This document shows positions 30,756 to 41,335 of a DNA stretch of 61,640 bases, piece by piece; position 1 is the stretch's first letter, and each line of letters starts with the position of its first letter. Source of the stretch: a virus (lineage: Duplodnaviria > Caudoviricetes). The DNA is taken from the IMG/VR virus record IMGVR_UViG_3300002703_000110, positions 1 to 61,640 of that record; one strand, given 5' to 3'. The translations under genes and the position numbers were made by a program. Below the pieces are notes generated by a model, which worked only from the letters and a program-made list of their open reading frames with translations, searched no databases and was not told where the DNA came from.

Positions 30756-32552
30756 ATGGTTACAGTTACAGATGGCACGACAGTTCGTGATGTCTACGAT
30801 ATGGAAATCACAGAGTCTACAAATGAACTAGACGAGTGCGAGATATTAACTGATGGAATTTATTCAGATAATATCGCAATCACTGTGTTAGATGGTGCAA
30901 CCACACTTTTTACTGGCTACCAGAAAGATGTAGAGCAGAATGACAAATATAATGTTACATACCAGATTACTGCTCGTGAAAAGGCAGTAGAAATGCAATA
31001 TGTAATTCTTAATTCTGGTAGTTCAACAACATTTACAAAAACAGATACAGTTAATAATCTTGTTGCTTGGGCTGTTGCAGCAGTTAATACAGCATATGGT
31101 TATACTGGCGGAGATGCTTGGACAGTTGATTCTGGCTCCAGTTCAACCGAAACATTTACAATTGGTTGTTATTATACAAATGCATTGGCGTTTCTTCGTA
31201 AAGTGGTTGTAGATAATCTTGGCAAAAAAATATGGTTTGAATCGGCAACCAAAAAAGTATATTTTGGTGATTATTATACAGACCGAACAGCCAGCCCCAT
31301 AGATTATATAGATAAACAAGAAATCAGAGACTCGAATAAGCGTGGCTGCACCAAAGTAATTGTTATTGGGCAAGATTCTTCTATAACTGGAACTGCTGGA
31401 ACTGGCAATTTAACTCGCGTATTTGAATATTTGTCCGCAACAACCACAACAGAATGTGAGAACCTTGCTACTGCATTATTAGCAGACTTGCAAAATTCAA
31501 AAGTTCAATATAATGTAACGCTGGATGAAGGAGTGGCCTGCAATGTGGCGGATTATATTAATCTTGATGGAACCAATTATGTAGTAACAAAAAAAGTAAC
31601 AACTTTTGATAGAGTTGTAATAACTACTGGTGGCTTAACAACTTCTTTGCTTGATACGCTTGGAACATCAATCACCGAAATCAGTGGTGAGACCGTTACT
31701 GGTTCAGATGCCTCGTGGTCTGGCGGCAATACTAACGTCGCGGCAAATGCAGCATCAAATACAGAGTTTGTTTTTGATGTGGCCGATGTTAATATGATCT
31801 CAAATGCTGTGCTTGATGTTACTATTGGCAGTTTTATTAAGTCTGCAAGTGTAAATGCAACAACTGAATATCTTTCAGATGTAAGTCAAGTTTCTTCTGC
31901 GTCTGGTTCGGATTCTTCTAATTTTTTATCAGCAGGATCTCATTATTTTCCTGATTCAACTGGTGTGGATTTAACAAATGCTGGCGCTAATTATTTAAGT
32001 GGGTTTCAATTTGGACTTGTTCAATTCCATGCATCATTTGGTGTTACTGGTAATATGTCGAGCACGACATTAGAATTACAATATAAACTTACGGGTTCTT
32101 CTACTTGGTATTCGGCTGGATATTATGATTTATATTTAAGTTCATCGTCTGAACTTCAAGATTTTAATTTAATGGGATTATTTTCTGGTTCTACAATGCA
32201 AGAAACATCAAGTCTAAAACCATATGTGCGTGTGTTAATCTCGGTTCCATCAGTTGATGCCAACAAAATACGTCCGTATAGATGGAAAGTGTTTGGGCAG
32301 CGTGTTACACGTCATGCACATTCAGTTACTACAGTCTATGACAAATCAACAACGGGCACACCGCCAAGTTCAGTTAATGTAACAATTAATTCAACAAGCA
32401 TCGGTGCAGTTACACCGGGAACAACTCTGCCAGATATCACCAGCCACTTAATATCTGGTAAAAATATTATTAAAATAAAAACTCCAAGTGGTTCTAATAA
32501 CCAGTGTTCTGTTAATCCAACAATCACATATCAAACACTTGGTCGATCTTAA
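30756..32552 (+). CDS. Baseplate hub/tail tip protein
   Basis: gp27/gp44-like organisation (TKVIVIG, A.ALL..L) plus Ser/Thr-rich C-terminal extension. Confidence 0.65.
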   Translation: MVTVTDGTTVRDVYDMEITESTNELDECEILTDGIYSDNIAITVLDGATTLFTGYQKDVEQNDKYNVTYQITAREKAVEMQYVILNSGSSTTFTKTDTVNNLVAWAVAAVNTAYGYTGGDAWTVDSGSSSTETFTIGCYYTNALAFLRKVVVDNLGKKIWFESATKKVYFGDYYTDRTASPIDYIDKQEIRDSNKRGCTKVIVIGQDSSITGTAGTGNLTRVFEYLSATTTTECENLATALLADLQNSKVQYNVTLDEGVACNVADYINLDGTNYVVTKKVTTFDRVVITTGGLTTSLLDTLGTSITEISGETVTGSDASWSGGNTNVAANAASNTEFVFDVADVNMISNAVLDVTIGSFIKSASVNATTEYLSDVSQVSSASGSDSSNFLSAGSHYFPDSTGVDLTNAGANYLSGFQFGLVQFHASFGVTGNMSSTTLELQYKLTGSSTWYSAGYYDLYLSSSSELQDFNLMGLFSGSTMQETSSLKPYVRVLISVPSVDANKIRPYRWKVFGQRVTRHAHSVTTVYDKSTTGTPPSSVNVTINSTSIGAVTPGTTLPDITSHLISGKNIIKIKTPSGSNNQCSVNPTITYQTLGRS

Positions 32553-32602
32553 CTAGTTTTTTTGTGAATCATTACATATATATTCTGTGAGGGAATTAAA
32601 AC

Positions 32603-32749
32603 ATGCAAGAAAAACCAAAGATAATTAGGAAATTGACAGTAGTGCATATGAGGGATGGAAAAGTTTTACAAGTCGTAAAGCCCTATTCTGATGCCACGTT
32701 ATTTGAAAAAGTCTTATATTGGTTAGGACTGAAAAATTTTACCAGATAA
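32603..32749 (+). CDS. Small virion-module protein (48 aa)
   Basis: Manually translated MQEKPKIIRKLTVVHMRDGKVLQ...; GAGGG RBS. Confidence 0.5.
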   Translation: MQEKPKIIRKLTVVHMRDGKVLQVVKPYSDATLFEKVLYWLGLKNFTR

Positions 32750-32766
32750 AAGAAAGGTGATGAAAC

Positions 32767-33111
32767 ATGACTTTAATGAATGTCGGTATTAAGGATGTTG
32801 CCACGCTCATCAATACTAAATATGATTACGTGGCGATTGGAGAGGGAACAGCCCCAACTGCAACAGATACGACACTTGCCAGTGAAGCAATGCGTGTAAA
32901 TTCTGTGAATACATTAGCAACAACTACTGTTACAGATGATACTTCGCAGCAAACTGCTACGTTTAATATTACGTCCACGCTGGCAATTACTAACAGTGCT
33001 ATTTTTGATATAGATACTGCTGGAACAATGCTCTGTGGTCAGGGATTTTCTGTTATTAACGTTGTAAATGGTGATACATTGATAACGGTGTGGACTGAAG
33101 TGGTGAGTTAA
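32767..33111 (+). CDS. Tail fibre-associated structural protein
   Basis: YVAIGEG.APTATDTTL.SE...IFD...GTM motif typical of fibre N-terminal domains. Confidence 0.65.
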   Translation: MTLMNVGIKDVATLINTKYDYVAIGEGTAPTATDTTLASEAMRVNSVNTLATTTVTDDTSQQTATFNITSTLAITNSAIFDIDTAGTMLCGQGFSVINVVNGDTLITVWTEVVS

Positions 33112-33402
33112 ATGGCTGGTGCGGCTGTTACAGAAATAACTTCGGTTGCTGCTGGAGCATATCTTTCAATACAGCCCGGTGCTGGTGTAGAATGGACTAT
33201 CCATAATATTTCAGTTCCGATTGGGACTTCAGCAGAATTATATAAGTATAATGGAACAAATGAAATTCTTGTAGATAGCAACCCATCTGGTGGCTGGTCA
33301 GGAGAATTTTTCCACAATACAAATAGTATTTATTACCGCGTAAAGAACACGTCTGCCTCTACAGCGTATTTTGGGTATGACGGTATTATTAGTGTAGATT
33401 AA
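33112..33402 (+). CDS. Virion structural protein (putative)
   Basis: Beta-rich 96-aa ORF in the tail module. Confidence 0.5.
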   Translation: MAGAAVTEITSVAAGAYLSIQPGAGVEWTIHNISVPIGTSAELYKYNGTNEILVDSNPSGGWSGEFFHNTNSIYYRVKNTSASTAYFGYDGIISVD

Positions 33403-33412
33403 GGTGATTTAA

Positions 33413-34114
33413 ATGGCACTTAAACTTCGTGTAAATAGAATTAAAGCACAAGAAATGGTTGGGGCTTCTGGAGCCACAATCAATGAATTTAGTACAGACG
33501 GAACAATGGCGGGCAACTCTGATGCTGCTGTTCCAACAGAAAAAGCCGTGAGAACATATGTGGCATCGGCGGTTACTACCCCTGATATTGAAGGAACAAC
33601 AAATGAGTCTTTCACTATTGATAATGATGCGACTACTGGTAAGATCAAAGTTCAGCCGACTGCTGGTGCAGCCGATAAGACGATGACTCTCACTAACACG
33701 GCTCTTACTGACAACAGAACTATTAATTTTAAGGATGCAGATGGAACGGTTGCTTTTACAAGTGATCTTTTGCTTCGTGAGGTTCGAGACTTTAGTATGT
33801 CTTTTGAAACTGGCGAGCAGACAACCACAAAGATTTACTTCCCTTATAAAGTAACAATTACACAGATTCGTACTATTGTTATGAAGGAGATCGCTGGCAC
33901 GGACGATGCTACTATTACTTGTGGTAATTCTACAGGCGCATCAACAGGTGGTGTTGTAACCATTACTGCTGCGGCTACTCTTAACGACGAGGATAGCGCT
34001 ACGCCAACAGATAACAACGTTGTTAATTCTGAATCTTATTATTACTTAACAACCGCCAAATCAACAGCGGGTGGCAAGGTTTTAGTTTCTTTAGAATATC
34101 TTCGCACAGCATAA
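33413..34114 (+). CDS. Tail fibre/minor structural protein
   Basis: SDAAVPTEKAV and RTI.F.DADGTVA fibre motifs. Confidence 0.6.
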   Translation: MALKLRVNRIKAQEMVGASGATINEFSTDGTMAGNSDAAVPTEKAVRTYVASAVTTPDIEGTTNESFTIDNDATTGKIKVQPTAGAADKTMTLTNTALTDNRTINFKDADGTVAFTSDLLLREVRDFSMSFETGEQTTTKIYFPYKVTITQIRTIVMKEIAGTDDATITCGNSTGASTGGVVTITAAATLNDEDSATPTDNNVVNSESYYYLTTAKSTAGGKVLVSLEYLRTA

Positions 34115-34152
34115 GAATATCAATTATTTTTTTTAAAAAAAGGTGAACATAG

Positions 34153-35592
34153 ATGCCACGTAAAATTCATGGTCAAAATACAAAAGATATTATACTTACT
34201 GGTGTTGGAGATCCAACATACAAAAAATTGGATAAATTTCTCGATGCTTACGGTAGTGCTGGTATTTTTGAGGGTGGCACTATTTCAGATTCAGGAAGTG
34301 GACAGATTGATGTTTCGGCGGCAATGGGTGTTATAAGAACAACTGATTCCGAAGTCGGAGAACTTATAGCATTTGACATTGACACTATAACAAATGTTTC
34401 TCTTACTGACAACTCAATGAATTATATTTATATTGATTATAATTCAGGCACACCAATATATGCAGTAACAACTAATTACGATAGCATTAATCTTCATTCC
34501 CAAATTATTATTGGGCGTGTTTATAGATTAGGAACATCATTATTCATTTCTAATGTTGGGCAAGATATTCAAGATACCATTTTAAGAGATTTAGTCCGTA
34601 TTCAAACCGCAAGGCGTTTAGAGTGGGCTTCTGGTTCTATATTATCATTTGTTACGGCAACTCGGCAGCCAATTGTGTCTGCTGGTGTATTCTTTTCAAA
34701 TTATGATAAAATTAATATGGCGGCTTTTAATGCCAGCGGAACTGATAGATTTACTACATGGTATCGAAATGGTTCTGGTGGGTGGTCATATGTTACAGCA
34801 CAACAAAATATAGATAATGCTAATTATGACAATAACTCTGGCACGCTCCAAGCATTGGGTGTGGGGGATTATGGTGTCCATTGGATTTATCAATTAACAG
34901 ATGGTTCTATCCATGCACAATATGGTCAAAATACATATAGCAGTATTGCAAATGCGCGTAATTCAACTGTGCCAGCATCGCAGCCACCGCCCGTGATAGG
35001 ACTTGGTATTTTAATAGGAAGATTAATAATAGCAAGAAACGCAACAACAATTTATGAAGCATCTTCAGCGTTTTCAACAACTTTTACTGGAACATCAACA
35101 ACAAACCACAATGATCTTGCAAATATACAGGGCGGAACTAGTGGAGAATATTACCACTTAACATCGGCGGAACAAGTAGCCGTTGGAACTATCGGAGATA
35201 AGATAGCAAAGGCAACAAATATTACTGCTATTAATGATTCTGGTATTGCCGATGGGGAGATTGCAGTATTCAATCTTACTAATAAAGATATTAGAACTTC
35301 TGATAAAACAATTGTAACCACTCTTGGCTCCGATGATACAAGTGTTCCAACCTCAAAAGCAGTTAAAGATGTTACTGACGGCAAAATAGCAGCGCCGGCA
35401 ACACCAGCACAGGGAGATATATTATATTATAATGGAACTACTTGGGTTGTTCTTACGGCTGGAACAAATGGTTATGTTTTAACAACTGGCGGCACTGGGG
35501 CAAATCCTTCGTGGGCTGCTGGTGGAAGTGGCGGCGGTTTATCGGAAGAAGAAGTAATTGCTCGTGCAATTATATTTGGAGGAATGATTTAA
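34153..35592 (+). CDS. Tail fibre protein
   Basis: HNDL..IQGG...EYYHLT, VPTSKAV, GDILYYNG..W..L..G..G.VL fibre motifs. Confidence 0.7.
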   Translation: MPRKIHGQNTKDIILTGVGDPTYKKLDKFLDAYGSAGIFEGGTISDSGSGQIDVSAAMGVIRTTDSEVGELIAFDIDTITNVSLTDNSMNYIYIDYNSGTPIYAVTTNYDSINLHSQIIIGRVYRLGTSLFISNVGQDIQDTILRDLVRIQTARRLEWASGSILSFVTATRQPIVSAGVFFSNYDKINMAAFNASGTDRFTTWYRNGSGGWSYVTAQQNIDNANYDNNSGTLQALGVGDYGVHWIYQLTDGSIHAQYGQNTYSSIANARNSTVPASQPPPVIGLGILIGRLIIARNATTIYEASSAFSTTFTGTSTTNHNDLANIQGGTSGEYYHLTSAEQVAVGTIGDKIAKATNITAINDSGIADGEIAVFNLTNKDIRTSDKTIVTTLGSDDTSVPTSKAVKDVTDGKIAAPATPAQGDILYYNGTTWVVLTAGTNGYVLTTGGTGANPSWAAGGSGGGLSEEEVIARAIIFGGMI

Positions 35593-35593
35593 T

Positions 35594-35935
35594 ATGGCAG
35601 TTAATTATGCAAACATATCATCTTATGAGATAAGTTATTCAGCGGCTACAGTCGCAGATTTATTTACGGCGACATCAGATACGGTTATTATGGGTGTAAC
35701 TGTAACTGGTTTATATGCGGCTGGTTGCACCGTGGAATTACAAATTACAGATGGTTCAAATAATATTCTTGGATATCTTATCCCGCCATCGACATCATTA
35801 TCGCAGAATAATGGTTATGATAATAACATCAAGCACGTTCTTGAAAGTGGATATAAACTTCGTTTAATTTGTTCGGTGGCTTCGACATCAACGCCTATGA
35901 AACTCGTTGTTAGTTATGCAGAAGGAATGTCGTAA
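35594..35935 (+). CDS. Fibre-associated beta-sandwich protein
   Basis: VLESG.KL motif; follows the fibre gene. Confidence 0.5.
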   Translation: MAVNYANISSYEISYSAATVADLFTATSDTVIMGVTVTGLYAAGCTVELQITDGSNNILGYLIPPSTSLSQNNGYDNNIKHVLESGYKLRLICSVASTSTPMKLVVSYAEGMS

Positions 35936-35945
35936 GGTGATTTAG

Positions 35946-36611
35946 ATGGAAGTCCAGAATAAGTGGGCTAAAGACCCTCGATGCGTCCTACTCATGCATA
36001 TGAACGGGGAGAACGACGGGACAGTCTTTTTAGACGAATCCCCATCTCCAAAGACCATTACTCGTTATGGGGATACCAAAACATCAACGACAAAAAAGCG
36101 ATTTGGTAATACTTCTGCATTTTTTGACGGAACTAGTGATTATATTACATGTGGAACGAGCGCGTGGGGAACGAATGATCTCACAATATCTGTTTGGTTT
36201 TATCCAACGGCATATGCAGGATATATTTTGGATAGCATTACTAATTCTTTACGTGGTTTTATTTATCTACAAGATGCAACACATGTGCGTTTTGGACCAG
36301 ACTCAGGATTTTTAACATTCACGGTGTCAACGATTGATTTGAATGCGTGGCATAACATAGTAATTACAAGAAAATCTGGTTCTGTTACGATGTGCATAGA
36401 TGGAGTCTCTTACACACCGCAAACACTCACAACAAATTTCACTGATACGGGACTAACTGTGGGCACGTATAATCTTCACAATGCTTATTTTTTTAATGGA
36501 TATTTAGATGAATTGGCAGTTTGGATTGGAGTAGCAATTCCCATCGAAGATTTATATCCAGCCCGTGCGCCATTATACGACTACGCAATCGCTGAATGGG
36601 AGGGACAATAA
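35946..36611 (+). CDS. LamG/concanavalin A-like adhesin 1
   Basis: LLMHMNG, FDGT.DYI, TISVWFY, WHNIVITR, GYLDEL. Confidence 0.85.
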   Translation: MEVQNKWAKDPRCVLLMHMNGENDGTVFLDESPSPKTITRYGDTKTSTTKKRFGNTSAFFDGTSDYITCGTSAWGTNDLTISVWFYPTAYAGYILDSITNSLRGFIYLQDATHVRFGPDSGFLTFTVSTIDLNAWHNIVITRKSGSVTMCIDGVSYTPQTLTTNFTDTGLTVGTYNLHNAYFFNGYLDELAVWIGVAIPIEDLYPARAPLYDYAIAEWEGQ

Positions 36612-37327
36612 TGGTAGTAAAACCGCAGATTGACAGGTTTGATCAATACATTCCATACCCGCAAAATCTGAAACTTCTGCTCCGTGCTACTGATGCCACA
36701 ACAAGCGGGATGAAAGATTTCTCTGGATACGGACGAGTTGTTACAAATTCAACTGGTGCAACTGGTTCAACCACGCAGAAAAAGGTTAACCCATACTCGA
36801 TGTATTTTGATGGGACTGATGATGTGATAAGCATTCCAGATTCTACAGATTTTGCTTTTGGGGCCGTTAACTGGACATATTCTTTTTGGATTTATCCATT
36901 AGCACTTCCAACGTCAACGGATTCCATAATGATTATATCACAATACGTTGATGCAAATAATTATCAATACATACATTTATATGGAGATGGGACTATATAT
37001 TATATAAATCGTTCTAGTTCTACAACAATAACAGAATTTCACGCAACACACGGAATGACTATTAATAACTGGTATCATCTTTCTGTTTGTAGAAGTGAAA
37101 GTAATCCACGTATTTATATAAATGGTATCTCTTTATCAGTTACAGAAGACACGACAATATCTGGAAAAACTCTCGGAGATATATCAAGTGTTCTTTATGT
37201 CGGGGCAAACAATACCACGGGTTTTAGTAATGTTTATTTAGATTGTATTAATATTTGGAAAGGTGTTGCAGTCCCAATTGAAGACCTCTATCCACAACCA
37301 AAATCATTCAGTTTCAGGAGAGCATAA
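36596..37327 (+). CDS. LamG/concanavalin A-like adhesin 2
   Basis: YFDGTDD, WTYSFWIY, WYHL, IYING. Confidence 0.85.
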   Translation: MGGTIMVVKPQIDRFDQYIPYPQNLKLLLRATDATTSGMKDFSGYGRVVTNSTGATGSTTQKKVNPYSMYFDGTDDVISIPDSTDFAFGAVNWTYSFWIYPLALPTSTDSIMIISQYVDANNYQYIHLYGDGTIYYINRSSSTTITEFHATHGMTINNWYHLSVCRSESNPRIYINGISLSVTEDTTISGKTLGDISSVLYVGANNTTGFSNVYLDCINIWKGVAVPIEDLYPQPKSFSFRRA

Positions 37328-37329
37328 TC

Positions 37330-38016
37330 ATGTTACGTCCACAGCACATTGAGCAGAAACAGCCTTACGTGGATGACTCCTGCAAACTACTCCTGCACAT
37401 GAATGGCGTGAGTGGCAATCAGCAGTTTATTGATTCCTCGAATAATTCAAAGGTTGTTACACCTTATGGTAATGCTTGTCTGTCTAACTCACACTATAGA
37501 TTTGGTGGAACGAGTGCGTATTTTGATGGGACTGGGGATTATTTAAGAATTGTATCATCCAGTATTCCAACAGGAACATCAAATTTTACAGTGAGTTTTT
37601 GGTGGTATGAATCTAGTGGAACACCAAATTATCCAACCCCATTTTCGTTTTCCACGGGTGGTACGTATGCAACCAGCAAAATATTTATTGAAGGTCGAAC
37701 TGGTTTAGGTTCGTTCTTGCTTCACACACCAAGCGTCAATTCTACGTTTACGTTCACAAGAACGCAAACTACTTGGAATCATTGGTGTCTAACACGAGAA
37801 AATGGTTTATATACATTATATTATAATGGTATATCTGTTGGAACAGTGTCAGATACCACCAGTAATACTTCTACATATCTACAAATTGGTGGAGATGGTA
37901 GTTTTTATACCACTGGATATATTGATGAATTTATTTATTGGAATGGAATTGCTTTTCCGATAGGGATGCTCTACCCACAACTTCGACCATATGGCTACCC
38001 AATAGGAGGAACTTAA
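37330..38016 (+). CDS. LamG/concanavalin A-like adhesin 3
   Basis: LLLHMNG, YFDGTGDYL, FTVSFW, WNH, GYIDEF. Confidence 0.85.
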   Translation: MLRPQHIEQKQPYVDDSCKLLLHMNGVSGNQQFIDSSNNSKVVTPYGNACLSNSHYRFGGTSAYFDGTGDYLRIVSSSIPTGTSNFTVSFWWYESSGTPNYPTPFSFSTGGTYATSKIFIEGRTGLGSFLLHTPSVNSTFTFTRTQTTWNHWCLTRENGLYTLYYNGISVGTVSDTTSNTSTYLQIGGDGSFYTTGYIDEFIYWNGIAFPIGMLYPQLRPYGYPIGGT

Positions 38017-38017
38017 A

Positions 38018-38440
38018 ATGTTTGTAATAATGGATCAACAGTATCTCTCACAATTTCCACAAGATATAATGTCAGAGGATGGAATGACAGTTGTAACTGC
38101 CGCCGCATATGGCTATCATCAACTCGGCGCAGACCCCAACTCTGACATGAGATTCTTGTTTATTGATGGAGATATTGCGCAGTTTATAGTTGACTTTAGT
38201 GGCAATTATACAGAATCAACTGTATTGCCCCAAAATTATCAGCAAACATGTTGCCATGAATTTATTTATGGGCGCACACTTACCAAGGCTACTATTGTGG
38301 CGTGGCAATATAAGTATCATGAAGAGAATGCATTGGTGCGGCAGCGCATTGATAGTGGAGAAGATACTGATGAGTATCTGGTTTATACTAATTTCGTAGA
38401 TTCTATACCAAGCGAAAATGGATACATAGCAGAATATTAA
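38018..38440 (+). CDS. Hypothetical protein (possible fibre chaperone)
   Basis: 140 aa after the adhesins; GGAGG RBS. Confidence 0.5.
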   Translation: MFVIMDQQYLSQFPQDIMSEDGMTVVTAAAYGYHQLGADPNSDMRFLFIDGDIAQFIVDFSGNYTESTVLPQNYQQTCCHEFIYGRTLTKATIVAWQYKYHEENALVRQRIDSGEDTDEYLVYTNFVDSIPSENGYIAEY

Positions 38441-38457
38441 ACAAAAGAGGAATAAAA

Positions 38458-38805
38458 ATGCCAGACAGCGTATGTAGTATATATAAAGAAAACACAACTG
38501 GTGCTTTAACATCAGTAAATGCAGGAACAGCGACAACTATTGATTGTAGAAATTTCACTTCTGGTTTAATAGCCATAAAAAATACAGGTGAAACTAACAC
38601 GTTACAATATAAAATTGACGGATATTCTAATTATAGTGGTGTGGCTGGAGCAATAGCAGATGCAGCATTAGCAGATATAGCACCGGGCGCAACTGTAACA
38701 CTTGCTTTCAGTTCTGTGCCTCGCGCCAAGCGTGTTATTACAATTACCCCAAAGGTTGCAAGTTCACAAAGCACATATGTTATTGAACATTGTTTAGGAT
38801 TATAA
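38458..38805 (+). CDS. Virion structural protein (putative)
   Basis: Beta-rich, IKNTG.TN.L motif. Confidence 0.5.
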   Translation: MPDSVCSIYKENTTGALTSVNAGTATTIDCRNFTSGLIAIKNTGETNTLQYKIDGYSNYSGVAGAIADAALADIAPGATVTLAFSSVPRAKRVITITPKVASSQSTYVIEHCLGL

Positions 38806-38806
38806 G

Positions 38807-39247
38807 GTGATTAATATGAAAATTACATGTGAAGGTATATATTTTAATAAATCAAGTATTGCCAGCGATGATGAGCCATTTACAAATTTAGTTATTGAAA
38901 AAGATGTTCTTGACCGTTCATCTGGTAATATTATTGCACGGTTTGATTTTGAAATTGAGTCAAAAAGTAAACTTGTGTTTGAAGTATTTTTCGATGGTAT
39001 AAAATTAGATGAATATGGCACAAATCTTCCATACATGGAAACCAGTGGAAAATACGACACCGTGCTTTTCAGGTATCCAAATTCAGCAAAAGCAAATCGC
39101 GCAGGTGTTCATAAAATTCATGTAAAATGTGGTTTAATTTCAGGCATTGTTGAAGCATCTGAAATCACAGAATGGAAAGAAGTTGAAGCCATTTCAGAAG
39201 CAGACTTTTATATTAAATTAAATCCAAATAAAGCCCCGCGTGATTAA
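38807..39247 (+). CDS. Hypothetical protein
   Basis: ORF with GGTGA RBS in the late operon. Confidence 0.5.
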   Translation: MINMKITCEGIYFNKSSIASDDEPFTNLVIEKDVLDRSSGNIIARFDFEIESKSKLVFEVFFDGIKLDEYGTNLPYMETSGKYDTVLFRYPNSAKANRAGVHKIHVKCGLISGIVEASEITEWKEVEAISEADFYIKLNPNKAPRD

Positions 39248-39385
39248 AATGACAAAAACTTTTTTAATTACCGAAGAATTAGCAAATGAAATTCTTGATT
39301 ATCTTGATGATAAGCCGTATAAAGAAGTTTATAAAATATGTGAGGGGCTTCTGCACCTAAAAGAACTTACAACAGAGGTAAAACC

Positions 39386-39781
39386 ATGAGCGACATTAAA
39401 GTTGGTGCCGAAGAAATTGAACAGGTTCATGCTACAATTGTAGAAACAAAGCCAAATGACCCATATGATACGCCAGCAGAACACGCCGAAACAAATGATT
39501 TTATTTTTAATACTTTCTTCTTTTGGACGGGCGCAGGTGGCACTTTTAGCACATGGCGGGAAAGACATATATTTCTTCGTGGCTTTTTTAATGGCTTTAA
39601 AACAGAACTTCAGGCAAAGTTTGATGCCGTGCCTGTTATATGGGAAGATGAAGGACAGTATTATGAGTTTGGACAAGAGGCTGGATACGTGGTTCGCAAT
39701 GCATTAATATTTGCTTTCTCTGGAAGTATTGCAACGCTCTCGGCTCCAACTATTTTAGATATTATTAAAAGTGTGATATAA
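39386..39781 (+). CDS. Hypothetical protein with C-terminal hydrophobic segment
   Basis: 131 aa; GAGGT RBS. Confidence 0.5.
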   Translation: MSDIKVGAEEIEQVHATIVETKPNDPYDTPAEHAETNDFIFNTFFFWTGAGGTFSTWRERHIFLRGFFNGFKTELQAKFDAVPVIWEDEGQYYEFGQEAGYVVRNALIFAFSGSIATLSAPTILDIIKSVI

Positions 39782-40873
39782 ATGCCATACGATGAAACTG
39801 GTAAATTCTATACAATAGATGGTATTGGCGAAACAGGTGAACAAATTTATTTTCACTCTGTTACTTCTACTGGAAGGCGCACATTTTATAATACAGTTTA
39901 TACATATCTAGGTGAAACATATAACATATCTGATATATTATTAAAATCTGCTGGTAAAACACTGGAAGAAAATATTATATTGGTGGCGACTCCAATTAAA
40001 TCAATTACAAGAAATATAATAGAATCTATATATATTAGTGATTTAATTTCTAAAATATTAACAAGAACGATGAGCACAGAGAACATTGCCATACTGAATA
40101 ATATCACTAAAAAGCCATTAAAACCGCTGACTGAATCAATCGGTGTAAACGACTCATTAACAAAGGCTCTGTCCCGCACTGTGGTAGAATCAGTTAACAT
40201 AACTTGTAATTTAATAAAAACAATAACAAGAAACATAGCAGAAGTTATAACCATAAATGATTATGTTGATTCTTTTCGTGCTATCCTGAAGTATTTATCT
40301 GAAACTATTACAATAACGGCAACAATGGGGCAGCGTTCAATTAGTAAAGTGCTCACAGAAGGTATTTATTTAACTTCCAACATAAGTAAGGTAATTACAC
40401 GCATAATACCTGCGGAATCTGTAGTTCTAAACATATATATTCTACGAGCAACTTCAAAGCGATTCTATGAGTCTATTGTAATTGTCAATTCGCTAGTTAA
40501 AAGTTTAACAAGAAATATCATTGAACCAATTACTATAACCACAACTGGTATTTTAAGTAGATATGTTTATTTGATATTAAATGAATCAATCGCGGTTGTT
40601 GATGCTCTTATTAAAACACCAATGAAAACGTTGAGTGAAAACATAATAATAAGTGAGAACAGGCCAGTTATAACACTTACCAGAGTAATAAGACAACCAA
40701 TCAATATAATAGCAACGTGGCACAAGGCGTTTATGTTGTATTTAAATGAGAATATTAATATCACTGATGGTTTAAACAGGTTGCGCCCACTGGCGGTTAC
40801 AGCACGGGCTACTGTTGCTGCATCTTTGACTAAAATAACACAAGTGTTTTTGGGTGGTGATAAAGTTGAGTGA
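39782..40873 (+). CDS. Repetitive fibrous virion protein (~18-19-aa repeats)
   Basis: About 15 imperfect copies of (K/R)xxxE(S/N)IxIxxxxxK. Confidence 0.65.
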   Translation: MPYDETGKFYTIDGIGETGEQIYFHSVTSTGRRTFYNTVYTYLGETYNISDILLKSAGKTLEENIILVATPIKSITRNIIESIYISDLISKILTRTMSTENIAILNNITKKPLKPLTESIGVNDSLTKALSRTVVESVNITCNLIKTITRNIAEVITINDYVDSFRAILKYLSETITITATMGQRSISKVLTEGIYLTSNISKVITRIIPAESVVLNIYILRATSKRFYESIVIVNSLVKSLTRNIIEPITITTTGILSRYVYLILNESIAVVDALIKTPMKTLSENIIISENRPVITLTRVIRQPINIIATWHKAFMLYLNENINITDGLNRLRPLAVTARATVAASLTKITQVFLGGDKVE

Positions 40874-41192
40874 CCGCAGGATTATAGGAGATACACTTCC
40901 TTTTGAATATGAATTGAAGTGGAATGACGGAACCCCAATTGATTTAAGAGATGTCGCAACTGTTTATTTAATTATGCGGCTTGATGATGCATCTTCCGAT
41001 GAGATAAACGGCGAATGTGTTATAACCGATGCCGAAAATGGGAAAGTTGCATACAATTTTTCTTCTACTGAAATTGACACGGGTGGCATGTATAAGTATA
41101 GATATAAAATCAATTACGTTTCAGGTAAAATATTAACAGTCCCAAGCAATGATGTGTTGTGGCTTTATTTAATTGATCCCACTTGGATGTGA
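40854..41192 (+). CDS. BppU N-terminal-like (baseplate upper) domain protein
   Basis: GDT...DGTPIDL...ITDAENGKVAY.F...DT.G.Y...T.P. Confidence 0.75.
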   Translation: MVIKLSDRRIIGDTLPFEYELKWNDGTPIDLRDVATVYLIMRLDDASSDEINGECVITDAENGKVAYNFSSTEIDTGGMYKYRYKINYVSGKILTVPSNDVLWLYLIDPTWM

Positions 41193-41335
41193 TTATGATG
41201 TGTGAATATCAACCAGTTTCTTTTTTACCCATCATTAAACAGATTCATGAGCGCATCACAAAGAAAGAAGAAGACTGTGAAGAATTATTTGATGATTCTT
41301 ATAAAAAATTTGAAAATTATAAAACGGGGTGAAAC

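Noticed and set aside
34153-38016. Diversity-generating retroelement or invertible adhesin cassette
   Set aside because: No reverse transcriptase, recombinase or near-identical TR/VR pair seen; the paralogs are too divergent
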